From assembly GCA_963778655.1 (NCBI GenBank), contig CAVZVA010000011.1, positions 64,001 to 128,000 on the forward strand: DNA of 64,000 bases, written 5' to 3'. This DNA is from an uncultured delta proteobacterium. GTDB lineage: Bacteria; Myxococcota_A; Polyangia; Polyangiales; JAFGIB01. The translations under genes and the position numbers were made by a program. The notes below the pieces were generated by a model. That model was not told the origin of the DNA. It ran no database searches and was given only the letters and a program-made list of their open reading frames with translations. Shown here piece after piece: positions 28,769 to 39,047 of this stretch (position 1 is its first letter; each line of letters opens with the position of its first letter).

Positions 28769-30787
28769 ATGCAGCACGCTCTGCTCGCGCGCTTTGTGCG
28801 TAGCTTCCAGCGGGCGATCCGCGAAGAAATGGCGGCGATGCGCGAGCGCCTCGGCTCCTTCGAGCTGCCGGTGCGCGCGAGCGCTGCGATCGGGCACCAA
28901 GACGACGCCGAGCGCCCGCGTTATCGCTTCGAGATCGGCGGCGCCTCCGACAAGTTGATGGCGGGGATGGAGTGCGCGCTGCGCATCGGCGGCAGCGAAT
29001 ACCTGGTCAGCGTGGTGTCACTCGAGCGCACCGCGTTGGTCTTGCGCGCCAACCGCCGGGTCGCGCTCGGCACGGGCGAGGGCGTGCTCGTGGCCTACCC
29101 CTGGTTCTTGTACCAGAGGCTCGAAGCCCGGCTTGGCGAGCTGCGCTGCGACCAGCACGAAGTCGAGCGCGCGCTGGTGCTGTTCGGTAAGCTGCCGCCC
29201 GTGCGCACCGCGCGCGCGCTCGTGCTCGACCACCGCGAGCTCAACGACAGCCAGCGGCGGGCCGTAAAGCTGTGCAGCGACAGCAGCCTCGCCTTTCTGT
29301 GGGGCCCGCCCGGGACGGGCAAGACGCGCACGCTGGCGCACGTGGTCGAGGAGCTGCTTGCCCAGGGCAAGCGCCTGCTCGTGCTCGCAACCACGAACGC
29401 CGCCGTCGATCAGGCGCTGGCGCAGATGGCCGTGCGGCCGGGTCTCGCGCTGGCCATCGCGCGCGGCGAGCTGTTGCGGCTCGGCCACACCGAAGCCGAT
29501 ACCCATGGTGCGAGCGTACGGGAAACGCTCGCGCGGCTCCACGGTAACCATGCCGCAGCGATCGAGAGCGCGCGTGTGCGGCTGCGCGGGCTCGATCGAC
29601 CGGCACGACGGCTGCACGAGCTGCAAGACCGCCTGGCTGAACGTGCGCCCTCCGCGCAGGTCTCGCTCTTCGAGCGCGGCGGCGACGCGCTACGCCTGCC
29701 GGAACTGGCCGATGTATTCAGTCGCGCGCACGCCACGCGCATCGCGGCGCTGCCCGCGCACGTTCAGGCCGATGTGCTGTCGCGCCGGGCCGCACGCTGG
29801 GGCCGGTTGCGGGCGTTGTTGCTCGAGCGCATGGCGAGCGCCGACCGCGCGCTCGCCGCTCGCGAAGCGCGCCTCGTGGCCGACGCTCGCGCCATCTTGA
29901 CCACCCTCACCGCCGCGTACTTCAGCCCTTTGCTCGACGCCCAGCGCTTCGATGCGGTGCTGGTCGACGAGGCCAGCATGGCGGTGCTCCCGAACCTGTT
30001 CTACGCGGCCTGCCTTGCGCGTGAAAAGGCGCTGATGGTCGGCGACCCGCGCCAGCTGCCACCGATCGTGCAGTCGAGCAGCCCGTACGTGTGCCAGGCC
30101 ATGGGGCGCAGCATCTTCGAGGTCGCCGTGCCCGAGCCCGAGGTGTCCGAGGTGGTCGTGATGCTCGACACGCAGTATCGAATGCACCCGGAAATCGGTG
30201 ACCTGGTGAGTCGGCTCTTCTACTCGGGGCGGCTCCGGCACGGTGCGGGCACGGAGGCGCGCACCTCGATCGCCGCGCGCGCGCCCTACCCCGGACGGGC
30301 GCTGGTCGTGGTCGACACGGTGGGTCGGACGCGCTGCACGAGCCGCCCGGGCAGCTTCTCCCGTCTCAACGAGCAGAGCGCGGCGCTGTGCGCCCGCCTT
30401 GCCGCCGACGCGTTGGCCGGCGGCATCACCTCGATCGCCGTCATCACGCCCTACGCCGACCAGGCCCGCGAAATCCGCAAGCAGCTCGAGCGGCTCGGCG
30501 GCGACGCCGGTCTGGTCGAGTGCAGCACCGTGCACCGCTTTCAGGGACACGAACGCGACTTGGTGATCTTCGACACCGTCGATGCACCCCCGTTGCGCCC
30601 GGGCGTGCTGCTGTCGGGCCACGGCGTGGGCTCGCGGGCCGCCAACTTGATCAACGTCAGCTTGTCTCGCGCACGCGGCAAGCTGGTGGTGGTATCCGAT
30701 GTCGAGCACTTCCGCTCGCTGGCACCGGACAGCCTCGTCAACGCCCTGGCCAGCGGCGTCAGCCGCGAGCTTGCGCCGGGCCTTTGA
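28769..30787 (+). CDS. SF1 DNA2/NAM7/Upf1-like helicase
   Basis: LNDSQ, GPPGTGKT, TNAAVD, DEASM, GDPRQLPP, QYRMHP, TVHRFQGHE and NVSLSRAR motifs. Confidence 0.92.
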   Translation: MQHALLARFVRSFQRAIREEMAAMRERLGSFELPVRASAAIGHQDDAERPRYRFEIGGASDKLMAGMECALRIGGSEYLVSVVSLERTALVLRANRRVALGTGEGVLVAYPWFLYQRLEARLGELRCDQHEVERALVLFGKLPPVRTARALVLDHRELNDSQRRAVKLCSDSSLAFLWGPPGTGKTRTLAHVVEELLAQGKRLLVLATTNAAVDQALAQMAVRPGLALAIARGELLRLGHTEADTHGASVRETLARLHGNHAAAIESARVRLRGLDRPARRLHELQDRLAERAPSAQVSLFERGGDALRLPELADVFSRAHATRIAALPAHVQADVLSRRAARWGRLRALLLERMASADRALAAREARLVADARAILTTLTAAYFSPLLDAQRFDAVLVDEASMAVLPNLFYAACLAREKALMVGDPRQLPPIVQSSSPYVCQAMGRSIFEVAVPEPEVSEVVVMLDTQYRMHPEIGDLVSRLFYSGRLRHGAGTEARTSIAARAPYPGRALVVVDTVGRTRCTSRPGSFSRLNEQSAALCARLAADALAGGITSIAVITPYADQAREIRKQLERLGGDAGLVECSTVHRFQGHERDLVIFDTVDAPPLRPGVLLSGHGVGSRAANLINVSLSRARGKLVVVSDVEHFRSLAPDSLVNALASGVSRELAPGL

Positions 30788-30933
30788 TCGCGACCGCTCG
30801 GCTCACCCACGATCGCCACCCCTAGCTCAGAGCCAGCCGGCGCCGGGGCGCTCTGCCGGCCGCGGGCAGAAGGCCGAGACCGAATGCCGTGCTGCTGGCG
30901 CGCGGCGCGAAGCCAGGGCAAGGTGGCTGCAGC

Positions 30934-31548
30934 ATGACCACGCGCCAGCACTGGCAGCAGGTGTACCAGAGCAAGGCCGCCACAGAGGTGAGCTGGTACG
31001 CGGAGCACCTGGGCGAGTCGCTGCGCATGATTCGGGAGGCGGCCGCGCTGGCGGACCGCATCGTCGACGTGGGTGGCGGGGCCTCGACGCTGGTCGATGA
31101 CCTGCTGGAGCTCGGCTACCGCGACCTAACGGTGCTCGACGTCTCGCCTGCGGCGCTGGCGCTGTCGCGCAAGCGACTGGGCGAGCGTGCGGCCCGGGTC
31201 AAGTGGCTGGAAGCGGACGTTACGCGGGCCGACCTTGGCCAGAACAGCTTCGACCTGTGGCACGATCGCGCCGTGTTCCATTTCCTGACTGCCGAGCCGG
31301 ACCGGCGCGCGTACATGCGGCGACTGGAGCGCAGTCTTGCGCCCGGCGGGCACGTGGTGATCGCAACCTTTGCGCTCGCCGGGCCGAACCGGTGCAGCGG
31401 TCTCGAGGTGGTGCGCTACGCTGCCGAAGCGCTCGCGCGGGAGCTCGGTCCGGCCTTCGAGCTCAGCGCGCAGCGCGAGAGCACCCACACCACACCCGCA
31501 GGCAAACCGCAGCGGTTCCTGTGTTGTCGATTCCACAAGCGGCTTTGA
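30934..31548 (+). CDS. Class I SAM-dependent methyltransferase
   Basis: HW..VY..K...EVSWY, DVGGGAS, WHDRAVFHFL and GP.RCSGL motifs. Confidence 0.9.
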   Translation: MTTRQHWQQVYQSKAATEVSWYAEHLGESLRMIREAAALADRIVDVGGGASTLVDDLLELGYRDLTVLDVSPAALALSRKRLGERAARVKWLEADVTRADLGQNSFDLWHDRAVFHFLTAEPDRRAYMRRLERSLAPGGHVVIATFALAGPNRCSGLEVVRYAAEALARELGPAFELSAQRESTHTTPAGKPQRFLCCRFHKRL

Positions 31549-31579
31549 GCCGTCGTCAGCAGCCGTAGGCCCTGATCGA

Positions 31580-31660
31580 ACGCGAATGATCGAAAGCACG
31601 AAGCGTTCGGCGTACGCGTTCAAGTTTTTGGGCTCTTTGCCGGCAGCTTGACGGTCACAT
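31580..31660 (-). pseudogene. Remnant of an rve-type (DDE) integrase/transposase core
   Basis: Minus strand reads VKLPAKSPK, then after a frameshift LNAYAERFVLSI, resembling the P.SP.LNA.AERFV.SI motif. Confidence 0.6.
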
Positions 31661-31714
31661 CTTGCAGATCTGCAAGAAGTCGTCGCTCGTCACGGGCTCG
31701 CTGCGGCGCCGCGC

Positions 31715-32002
31715 TCACAGCTCGCCTCGGGTGTGCCCGTCCAGCTCCGCCAGCGGCCTGTTGTGGCTTTCGCCGGCGGCGTCGCGGCAGCGGAAGCTCA
31801 CTTGATCGCCCTGCTCGACGGCGTCGAAGCGCCCGCCGCAGTGCTCGACCATCAGCATCTGGGCATCTTCCATCGCCGGCACGTAAGCGCCCTGCAGTGC
31901 TACCACGCCGCCGAGCGCGTCCTTGCGGACGAGCTGCGCGCTGCTGCTGCAGCCGGCCAGGGCGAGGGTCATGAGCGCGAACGTCACTAGAGTCGTCTTC
32001 AT
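31715..32002 (-). CDS. Small lipoprotein
   Basis: MKTTLVTFALMTLALAGC lipobox; GGAGG RBS. Confidence 0.8.
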   Translation of the reverse strand: MKTTLVTFALMTLALAGCSSSAQLVRKDALGGVVALQGAYVPAMEDAQMLMVEHCGGRFDAVEQGDQVSFRCRDAAGESHNRPLAELDGHTRGEL

Positions 32003-32057
32003 GGTGTTTCTGCCTCCGCAACGTGTTCTGCACGGTTGAGGGCGAGCCGCCGCGAAT

Positions 32058-32435
32058 GTGACAGGGAATCGTCGGATGGCCTATCGCGACGCGAGCGTGC
32101 CGACCGCAGCGCGCGCCCGCGCCTATCTGGCCGGCAACTGCGCCAGCTGTCACACCGCCCCCGAGAACCTGTGCTCGGGCGACCTGCGCTGGTTCGCGAG
32201 CGACGCGCAGATGGGCGTGTGCAATCAGGCGTCGAAGCTGCCCGATGCGAGCTGGTCCGCGGGCACGATGCTGCTCGCACCCGCTGACCCCGAGCGTCCG
32301 GCGATCGTGCATCGCATGCGCGCGCCAGGCGGCAGCGCGCTCGCCATGCCGCCGATCGGACGCCATGCGGTGGACGAGCGGGGCGTGGCGCTGATCACGC
32401 AATGGGTCCGCGGGATGCAGAGCTGCCAGCCGTGA
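32058..32435 (+). pseudogene. C-terminal fragment of a cytochrome c domain protein
   Basis: ARAYL..NCASCH...RM.....AMPPIG...VD..GVALI..W with no N-terminal part. Confidence 0.65.
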
Positions 32436-32439
32436 AGCG

Positions 32440-32680
32440 CTCGCGCAGCTCGGGCTCAGGCTGTCGGTCCGCGAGCTCGAGGCCGCGAATGCCCAGCCGT
32501 GCACCTCCGCGCACGACTTTGGCGATGGCGCGCGCCGGCGTACGCGGTAGCGACATGCCGTAGCCCGAAAGCACCTGCACCAACAGCTCGAGCCCATGCG
32601 CCAGGCGTCCGCTCATCAGGTACTGCGCGACGGCCAAGCCCTTGCGCCGAGCGACCTCGGTCGCGGGGAGCGCAGCGCCC
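32440..32680 (-). pseudogene. Internal fragment of a myxobacterial kinase/ATPase-type helical region
   Basis: AVAQYLMSGRLAHGLELL..VL...GMSLPRTPARAIAKVV; no clear start or end. Confidence 0.4.
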
Positions 32681-32737
32681 GGCACTCCCCACGCTCCGAG
32701 GTTTGTGCGGGCGCGGCGCGCAACGTAGGATGCAGGC

Positions 32738-33529
32738 GTGTCTCTGCTCCGCGTTCTGCTCGACGACCTCATCATCACGGACGAAGCCTCGTTCGCGCAC
32801 GTGGCCCTCTACGTGCGGCTCAAGAACGCGCTTCAAGAGGCCAAGTATCCCTTTCACGTTGCGGCGCAGGGCGTGCCGCTCAGTTGGGACCGCGTCACGT
32901 TCCTGAACTTGACGTTCTGGAGCGCAGAAGAAGGCGCAGATGTGCTGTGCGAAAACAGCATTCCCGCGGACGTGGTCGCGCATGTCGCGTGGCATCACCT
33001 CACGACCACACAGCTCGCACGGCTCGCTCCCGTTGCGACAGGAGCGCCCTGTGCGGATGCGCTCTTCTTCGGCGAAGCCATCGCCAGCGCGTTCGACCTG
33101 TACTTGGTGGGTCGCCTACGCAACATGCCCGACTCGGACTTCATCGCCACACAGGTCCCGATCATGGGGGAAGCGGCCGAGCAGGCAGGCCTCGACCCCG
33201 CGCAGTTCGACGCCTTGCTCGACGAGGTGGCCCTCGATCCCGAGCGGGCGTTCGAGGACCTCCGGTCGTTGCTTTTCGACGTGGCGCGCGGGCTGTTCGG
33301 CTGTCGCAACGCTGTCCAGGCCCAGCGGGTGCTCGAGAGTTTCGCGGCCCACCGCTTCACGTGCCTGTTGCACCACTATCAGCTCTCCAATTGGCTGCTG
33401 TACGCGCATGCGTACGGCGCGCCTGACCCCGTTCAAGAGCGCGCCGTACACGAGATCGACGAGACCCTGCGCCACGCGCCGGTGGCCCTCGATTGGCTCA
33501 CCGATCACTGGTTGCCCCCCGCGACCTGA
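32738..33529 (+). CDS. Hypothetical protein
   Basis: 263-aa ORF with protein-like composition and an HVAWHH...GEAIASAFD segment. Confidence 0.7.
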   Translation: MSLLRVLLDDLIITDEASFAHVALYVRLKNALQEAKYPFHVAAQGVPLSWDRVTFLNLTFWSAEEGADVLCENSIPADVVAHVAWHHLTTTQLARLAPVATGAPCADALFFGEAIASAFDLYLVGRLRNMPDSDFIATQVPIMGEAAEQAGLDPAQFDALLDEVALDPERAFEDLRSLLFDVARGLFGCRNAVQAQRVLESFAAHRFTCLLHHYQLSNWLLYAHAYGAPDPVQERAVHEIDETLRHAPVALDWLTDHWLPPAT

Positions 33530-33544
33530 GCCCGCCTCTAGACT

Positions 33545-33713
33545 CTAGAGCACCGAACATATTGAAACGCGTGCGAAGTCGGGGTCGGCGGGATGCAGGG
33601 TGCGGGCGGGAGCCCGAAGGCGTAGTCCATCCTACCTCGAGCGGGGAGCGCGCGTGCCATGCGCCCGCGAGGGCCCCGAAATCGTGCGTGTTTCAATAGG
33701 TTCGGTGCTCTAG
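33545..33713. mobile_element. MITE-like element, family A copy 2 (169 bp)
   Basis: Near-identical to 27678-27848, same orientation, CTAG at both ends. Confidence 0.9.
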
Positions 33714-33743
33714 GAGTCCAACCTGCGACCATCAGCTTAGAAG
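33712..33743 (-). repeat. Displaced 3' part of tRNA-Arg(TCT) (att-like site)
   Basis: aggagtccaacctgcgaccatcagcttagaag versus aggactcgaacctgcgaccgtcagcttagaag at 51810-51841: 29 of 32 identical, direct orientation. Confidence 0.8.
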
Positions 33744-33950
33744 ACCTGGCCGTCTTCAATCATTCCGCCGGGCTGCAAGGCCGCGTAGGGTCGTGGACGG
33801 GTTCACGGCCGCCGGCGCGCTGGAGGAGTTGCTGAGCGCCCAGCTCTCGCGGTCGCCAAGAAGCGCTCGACCGCGATCGACCTGCTCTTGACGGAACTCC
33901 TGCTGCCCGAGATGGGAGGCGCAGAGCTGGCCCAGCAGCAGCTCGCGTCT

Positions 33951-35591
33951 TCAGAGAATCCGCACTGGCGCACAATATTGCTGATCGTTCTGGATCGCGA
34001 TCACGTAGCCCACGGGACATCCGCCATTCGTTGGGGGCGGGGTGCAGATGCCCACGCCGTCGGGCTGGACGTAAGTCCTCCAGTTCGGGTCGCAAGTGCC
34101 GGCATCGGACCCAGGAGGAGGAGGCGGCGGCGGGGGAATGCAACAGCCGCCCGTGCAGACGTCCTCGTTCGTGCAGTCGGCATCGGTGGTGCAGGACGTA
34201 AGCCCCTCCGGACACGCATTGCCAGCGCAGAACGTCACGCAGGCCTCGCCCGAGTCTCCGCCGACCTTGTTCTGGTCGCCGTCGTGGACCATCACCTGGA
34301 AGCGATAGTTGTGAGCGACTTCCAGTCGGATGTCCCAGCGCACCTCGGTGCCATACGCCTCCGCCTTCGTGATCGCGCCGGCGGGGGGCGTGTGGCCGTT
34401 GCCGTAGTTCTGGTTGTTCTTGGCGGGATCGGCGTCCGGGGTGATCGACGCACCGCTCGCGTCGACGGTCCGAACCGCGCCCTTCCACGTCCCGGCAACA
34501 TAAGTCGGATTCACCGGGGTGCCGCCCCATTGCCAGTCGCCCGACACGGCGTTCGCATCGTTGGTGATGTCCGTGATGAACAGTGCCGGCCACATCGGAC
34601 GTCCCACTGGATCGACGCCTGCCTGCTGTCCGATGATCAAGTTGGTACCCGTCTGGGGCGGGGTGACCACGTCGGGGCTGTTCGTCAGGGGCGAAACCGG
34701 GTACGACGTGGAAACACCATCGATGACGGTCTCGCGAACGCCGAGCGTCATCGCGTGCTCGTCGTTGTAAAAGAGCTGGATGCTCGCAAACGGGTACCCG
34801 CCCGAAGGGACGATTGCCGCGAGGACGGTGCTCTCGTTGAAGAGGATGTCCGTAAGCGGATTGCTGCTCGCGTATGGGTACCCGCACTCGGTGATGACCG
34901 GCCCGACCACGCCGGGCTTGCAGGCGGTTGGCGTGGAGCCGCCGGAGCTACCGCCTGCACCCGTCTGACCGGTCCCCGGAGTGCAGCTCATGGTCTTGGA
35001 ATTGCAGCACGTGCCGCCCACGCACGAGAGCCCGGCCTTGCACTTGTTCATCGGCTGGCACTGACACCCGAGCGACCCCGCTGCGCAGTTGGTAGGATCG
35101 ACCGAGCCCGTGGCACCGGCGGGGATCTGGCACGTTCCAGAGACGCAGATCCCGCTCGCGCAATCCGGCCCCGTAGCGCAGGTGGTGTTAGGCAGCATCC
35201 CGGTCGGCTCACAGAGCCCTCCGGTGCACTTGCCACTCTGGCAATCGTTCGCCGCTATGCATGACGAGCCCGCTGCGGAGCGGCCGCCGGAGCTCGCATC
35301 GCTGCTGGAGCTCGCATCGCTGCGGGAAGCCGAACCGCCGTCGGACGGCGAACCACCGTCCGACGTCGAGCCGTCGGCGCCCGGGGTCGACCCATCGGAC
35401 CCGCCGTCGATCGAGCCCTGACACACTCCGCCGACGCACGGCTGACCGGCACAGTCTTGCGACTTGGTGCATTTTCGGCCCGCTGAAGCACCGCCGCTGT
35501 GTTCGCTCGAGCTGCAGGCGAAGGCCGCCACGCCGGCGACGAGGAGAAATCCAAAAAGCCCGCCGTACCCACGACGCTGTTGATGAGCCAT
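33951..35591 (-). CDS. Cys-rich lipoprotein with a central beta-rich domain
   Basis: AAFAC lipobox; repeated C..G.C motifs; GGAGG RBS before MAHQQ. Confidence 0.8.
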   Translation of the reverse strand: MAHQQRRGYGGLFGFLLVAGVAAFACSSSEHSGGASAGRKCTKSQDCAGQPCVGGVCQGSIDGGSDGSTPGADGSTSDGGSPSDGGSASRSDASSSSDASSGGRSAAGSSCIAANDCQSGKCTGGLCEPTGMLPNTTCATGPDCASGICVSGTCQIPAGATGSVDPTNCAAGSLGCQCQPMNKCKAGLSCVGGTCCNSKTMSCTPGTGQTGAGGSSGGSTPTACKPGVVGPVITECGYPYASSNPLTDILFNESTVLAAIVPSGGYPFASIQLFYNDEHAMTLGVRETVIDGVSTSYPVSPLTNSPDVVTPPQTGTNLIIGQQAGVDPVGRPMWPALFITDITNDANAVSGDWQWGGTPVNPTYVAGTWKGAVRTVDASGASITPDADPAKNNQNYGNGHTPPAGAITKAEAYGTEVRWDIRLEVAHNYRFQVMVHDGDQNKVGGDSGEACVTFCAGNACPEGLTSCTTDADCTNEDVCTGGCCIPPPPPPPPGSDAGTCDPNWRTYVQPDGVGICTPPPTNGGCPVGYVIAIQNDQQYCAPVRIL

Positions 35592-35819
35592 CCGTTGTCC
35601 TCCGATGCCACCGGAGGAGCGCGCAAGCACAAACCCCGGCTGCTCTAGAACTAGGTTACGAGCTGGTCGCTCGAGCGACAACACGTGCGGACTCGAATCG
35701 GGGTCGATGGCACTACATCGACGTACAGACGTCCGGGATCGTGCTGAGGCGAGCAAACGTGCGCATCGATCCGTCGTCCGGGATCGCGCTGAAGCAAAGC
35801 AAACGTGCGCGCCAGGCAA

Positions 35820-36679
35820 AATGCCGGAGAGGCACCATCCTGCGGCGCATCGACGAGCTCACGGTGCCGGCCTGTCGAGCGGTCATTGCCGGGCGCTACG
35901 AGCAGGCGCGCTCTCTCTACGAAGAGCAGCTTGGCGAGCTACTCGACCCCGCCATGGCGGGCATTCCCGAGGAGCTCCGAACCTGGGGAATCCGGGCGCT
36001 CCACTATGCGATCGGAAACGTCGAAGCGAGCTTCGGCCGCGAGCAGGCACTGGTGCACGCGGCCGAGATCGAGGATGTCCCAGGCTGGCTGGTACCGGGC
36101 TACAGCGTCAGGCGGGTCTACCACCTCACGATGGGCAACCTGCGTCAGGCCGAGCGCTACCGCACGCAGATGGAGCTCACCTGCCTGCAGAGTGCGACCA
36201 AGCCGCCTTTCGCGGCGGCGGCGGTGTTCCAGCACCTGTTCGTGTATGCGTTGACTGACAACGCCAACGGCATGCGGGCCGCGATCCCGGAGCTCGAAAC
36301 GCTCGCACGCTCGCAGCCCGGTATGGGCCCGTTCGTGCCATACGCGCGCGCCGAGCACGCGCGCATCTGCGGCGACTACGAGGAGGCGCGCACCTGGATC
36401 GAACGCGCGCAGCAGCAGGTTCGCCCCGGCGACCATCCAGTGTGGCCCTGCCTCGTCACAAGCACGCTGTCCACCCGGGTGGCGCAGGGCCGCTACGACG
36501 AGGCGCGCGCAATCGGGCTGCGCGAAGTGGCGAGGGCCGAGGCGCTGGGGATGATCGTGGTGCGCGGCGATATCGATATGCCGCTCGCGCTGGCCGAAGC
36601 CAAGCTCGGCGATTTCGACAGCGCGTGCGCGCGCATCGATCGGCTGATCGAGGGTCGCCTGGTCCAAAAAGGCAGATGA
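35820..36679 (+). pseudogene. Internal fragment of a TPR-like region of a large kinase/ATPase-type protein
   Basis: Helical repeats (GRYEQAR, GDYEEAR, GRYDEAR, GDFDSA); no convincing start; abrupt end. Confidence 0.5.
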
Positions 36680-36762
36680 TCCCGCGGGCCACCGGTAGAG
36701 CGCGATCAACGGGGTGACCGTTGCGGAGAAACACGCTGGCAGATGATCCCGCGGGCCACCGG
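36671..36762. repeat. Two perfect 25-bp direct repeats with a 42-bp spacer
   Basis: ggcagatgatcccgcgggccaccgg at 36671-36695 and 36738-36762. Confidence 0.85.
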
Positions 36763-36897
36763 ACTACTCGTCCGAGAAGCTGGCCGCGGTGAGATCGTCG
36801 AAGCCTAGGGGTGGCCCGGCATCGCCAAACCCACGGTAGCGAAGGATCCAGGCGCAAAGCCTCCTTTGGTCGATTGGGACACCTGACCGCAGCGCCC

Positions 36898-38097
36898 TCA
36901 ATGCCCGGCCGGCGCCCCAGCCATTTGCATGGGCGCCGGCATCGGGGTGTCCTTCGTGACGATCATGCAGTAGGACGGATAGCTCGCGGGCAGGCCGTTC
37001 GCGTACGGGGAAGTCCCGAACCCAAACGGGTGATTCTTCAGGAAATCCCAGCCCGCGGCCTTGAGGTCGGGCGGAGCGCCCACGTGGCCGCCGCCGTGAT
37101 CGCAGTCGACTGCGAAGCCGCCCTTCTTGGCGATGTCGATGTCTTCTCGCAAGCTGGAATCGCCGAAGTCGATCACGACCACGTCGACGCCACGCGCGCC
37201 GTGCATGGTCAGCGCCGCGGGCACGTGCGTCGGATCCTGGAGGATCATGTTCATCGGATAGCCGCCTTGGCCACCGGAGTTCGGGTTCGCCGCGGCGACG
37301 TAGCTTGAGCGCCCGTAGGCGATCTCGCCCGCCGCCAAGCCGCCGGCGCTGGCTCCGGCCGAGTAGATGCGGTGGGTGTCGATGTTCAGCTGCTGAACGG
37401 CGCACGCCACGATCTGGTCCGCGCTCTGGTAGTCGCCGGTTGTGAACACGCCCCAGTCGAGCGTGTCGCCCGGAAGGCCGCCTTCGACCGAACCGATCAC
37501 GCCGCCCTGCGACATGATGTCGTTGACGCAGGTGGGATCGAGCTCCGCCGTCGCGGTCAAGGCGGTTCCGCCCGTGCCGTGGAAGTAGAGCATGATGGGG
37601 CCCTTCTGCGTGTCGGACTTGGTGCCCACCCAGATCTGACTGGTGACGCCCATGAAGGTGAAGGGGCCTGTGACCATCGGGGGACAGTCGCCGACCGGCG
37701 CAGGGATCACCGGATCGGTGCCGTTGCTGCACGGCGCGCCGGCAATGCAGCCCGGGGCGGGCGGTGTGGTGCCGCCTCCCATTCCGACCGCGGGCACACC
37801 CCCCGTGGCTCCAATGGCGGCCACCCCGCCAGTGCCCGTCGCAGGCAATCCACCGGCTTGCCCAGCCGTGCCCGTCGGCTGTCCGGCCGGTTGCGCCGGG
37901 CTCGCAGCTCCGGAGCTCGGCTGGCCGGCATTGCCAAACGAAGACGCGCCAGGGGCGCTTGGGCTACCAACGGCAGCGTTCGGTGGCCCGACCTGCGCTT
38001 GGGACTGCTGCGATTTGCTGCCTTCGCTTGCCGCACAACCGACGACCGAGAGGGCGCAAGCCGCCACTCGAAATACATGGACCCTGGTCGACATCAC
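36898..38097 (-). CDS. Lipoprotein alpha/beta-hydrolase (esterase/depolymerase-like)
   Basis: VVGC lipobox, YFHGTG, IYSAGASAGG nucleophile elbow, HG..GVD and HGGGH. Confidence 0.8.
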   Translation of the reverse strand: MMSTRVHVFRVAACALSVVGCAASEGSKSQQSQAQVGPPNAAVGSPSAPGASSFGNAGQPSSGAASPAQPAGQPTGTAGQAGGLPATGTGGVAAIGATGGVPAVGMGGGTTPPAPGCIAGAPCSNGTDPVIPAPVGDCPPMVTGPFTFMGVTSQIWVGTKSDTQKGPIMLYFHGTGGTALTATAELDPTCVNDIMSQGGVIGSVEGGLPGDTLDWGVFTTGDYQSADQIVACAVQQLNIDTHRIYSAGASAGGLAAGEIAYGRSSYVAAANPNSGGQGGYPMNMILQDPTHVPAALTMHGARGVDVVVIDFGDSSLREDIDIAKKGGFAVDCDHGGGHVGAPPDLKAAGWDFLKNHPFGFGTSPYANGLPASYPSYCMIVTKDTPMPAPMQMAGAPAGH

Positions 38098-38189
38098 GAG
38101 CCTCCGTGACCAACCAGCACCTCCAACGGCACCCGCAGCGATACATACGCTTCGACCTGGCTGCGCACAAGCCCCGGCCGCGCGAAAGC

Positions 38190-38399
38190 ATGGCCCGCCA
38201 GGACGCGGTGGTGGAGTCGCTCGACGCGAACGGGGGTCATCCAGGCCAAGCTACAAGCGTGGAATACGTGGTCGCCCCCGAACGCTGCGAGGCCGATGGC
38301 TTCGTCTTGCCCTGCTACGACGTCGACGATGGCCCGCTTCTTTCGGAAGCCGTCAACGAGTCCTACGAGCACCTGCGTGGGCTTGATTCGATCTCGTAG
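38190..38399 (+). pseudogene. Possible 5' fragment of a RimJ/RimL-type GNAT acetyltransferase
   Basis: DDGPLLSEAVNESYEHLR followed by an abrupt end. Confidence 0.4.
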
Positions 38400-38411
38400 A
38401 CAGGTTTTCCG

Positions 38412-39047
38412 TCACGTGAGCCAAGGCTCTTCGCTCGTGCTGCGCCAGCCCGAAAGCCCGTGCACGCGTGCGTACCACGCGGCCAGTGCCGGATAGCTGG
38501 CGAATGGAAAGCCGAGGCGACGAAAGTAAATCGTCATCGCAGCCACGGAAAAGTCGGCGAGGGTAGGCTCGTCGCCCGCCAGATGCGCGCTGATCGCGAG
38601 CCGGCGCTCGAGCTGCCGCAGCAAGGCGACCAGCTCGGATGCCGACCACTGTGGCTCGCCGCTGGGTGGGCCGATCAGGCTCGGTACCATGATGTGACCC
38701 GCGTGCAGGCGCAGCACTTGCGTGAGGGTCGGTTGCCAGTGCGCAGACTCCCAGAACATCCAGCGCAAGATCTCGGCGCGACCTCCGGCAGTGCGCGCGA
38801 AAAAGCGAGATCGGCCGTACGCCTCGGCCAGGTACACCAGAATGGCATTGGACTCGGTCAGCGTCAGCTCCCCGTCGACCAGGGTGGGGACCTTACCGAA
38901 CGGGTTGAGGGCGAGAAACGACGGAGCCCGGCCTTCACCACGGTACACGTTCACCTCGACGATCTCGGCCGCGACGCCGAGCTGGCGCAACAAGGCGACC
39001 GCCTTGCGCCCGTTCGAGGAGAAAGACGCCGTGTAGAGCGTGAGCAC
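38412..39047 (-). CDS. Glutathione S-transferase
   Basis: FLALNPFGKVPTL, LTESNAILVYL and LAGDEPTLADF motifs. Confidence 0.9.
   Translation of the reverse strand: MLTLYTASFSSNGRKAVALLRQLGVAAEIVEVNVYRGEGRAPSFLALNPFGKVPTLVDGELTLTESNAILVYLAEAYGRSRFFARTAGGRAEILRWMFWESAHWQPTLTQVLRLHAGHIMVPSLIGPPSGEPQWSASELVALLRQLERRLAISAHLAGDEPTLADFSVAAMTIYFRRLGFPFASYPALAAWYARVHGLSGWRSTSEEPWLT

Noticed and set aside
36671..36762. CRISPR array
   Set aside because: Only two repeats, no cas genes or AT-rich leader, and no resemblance to CRISPR repeat termini that I recognise.
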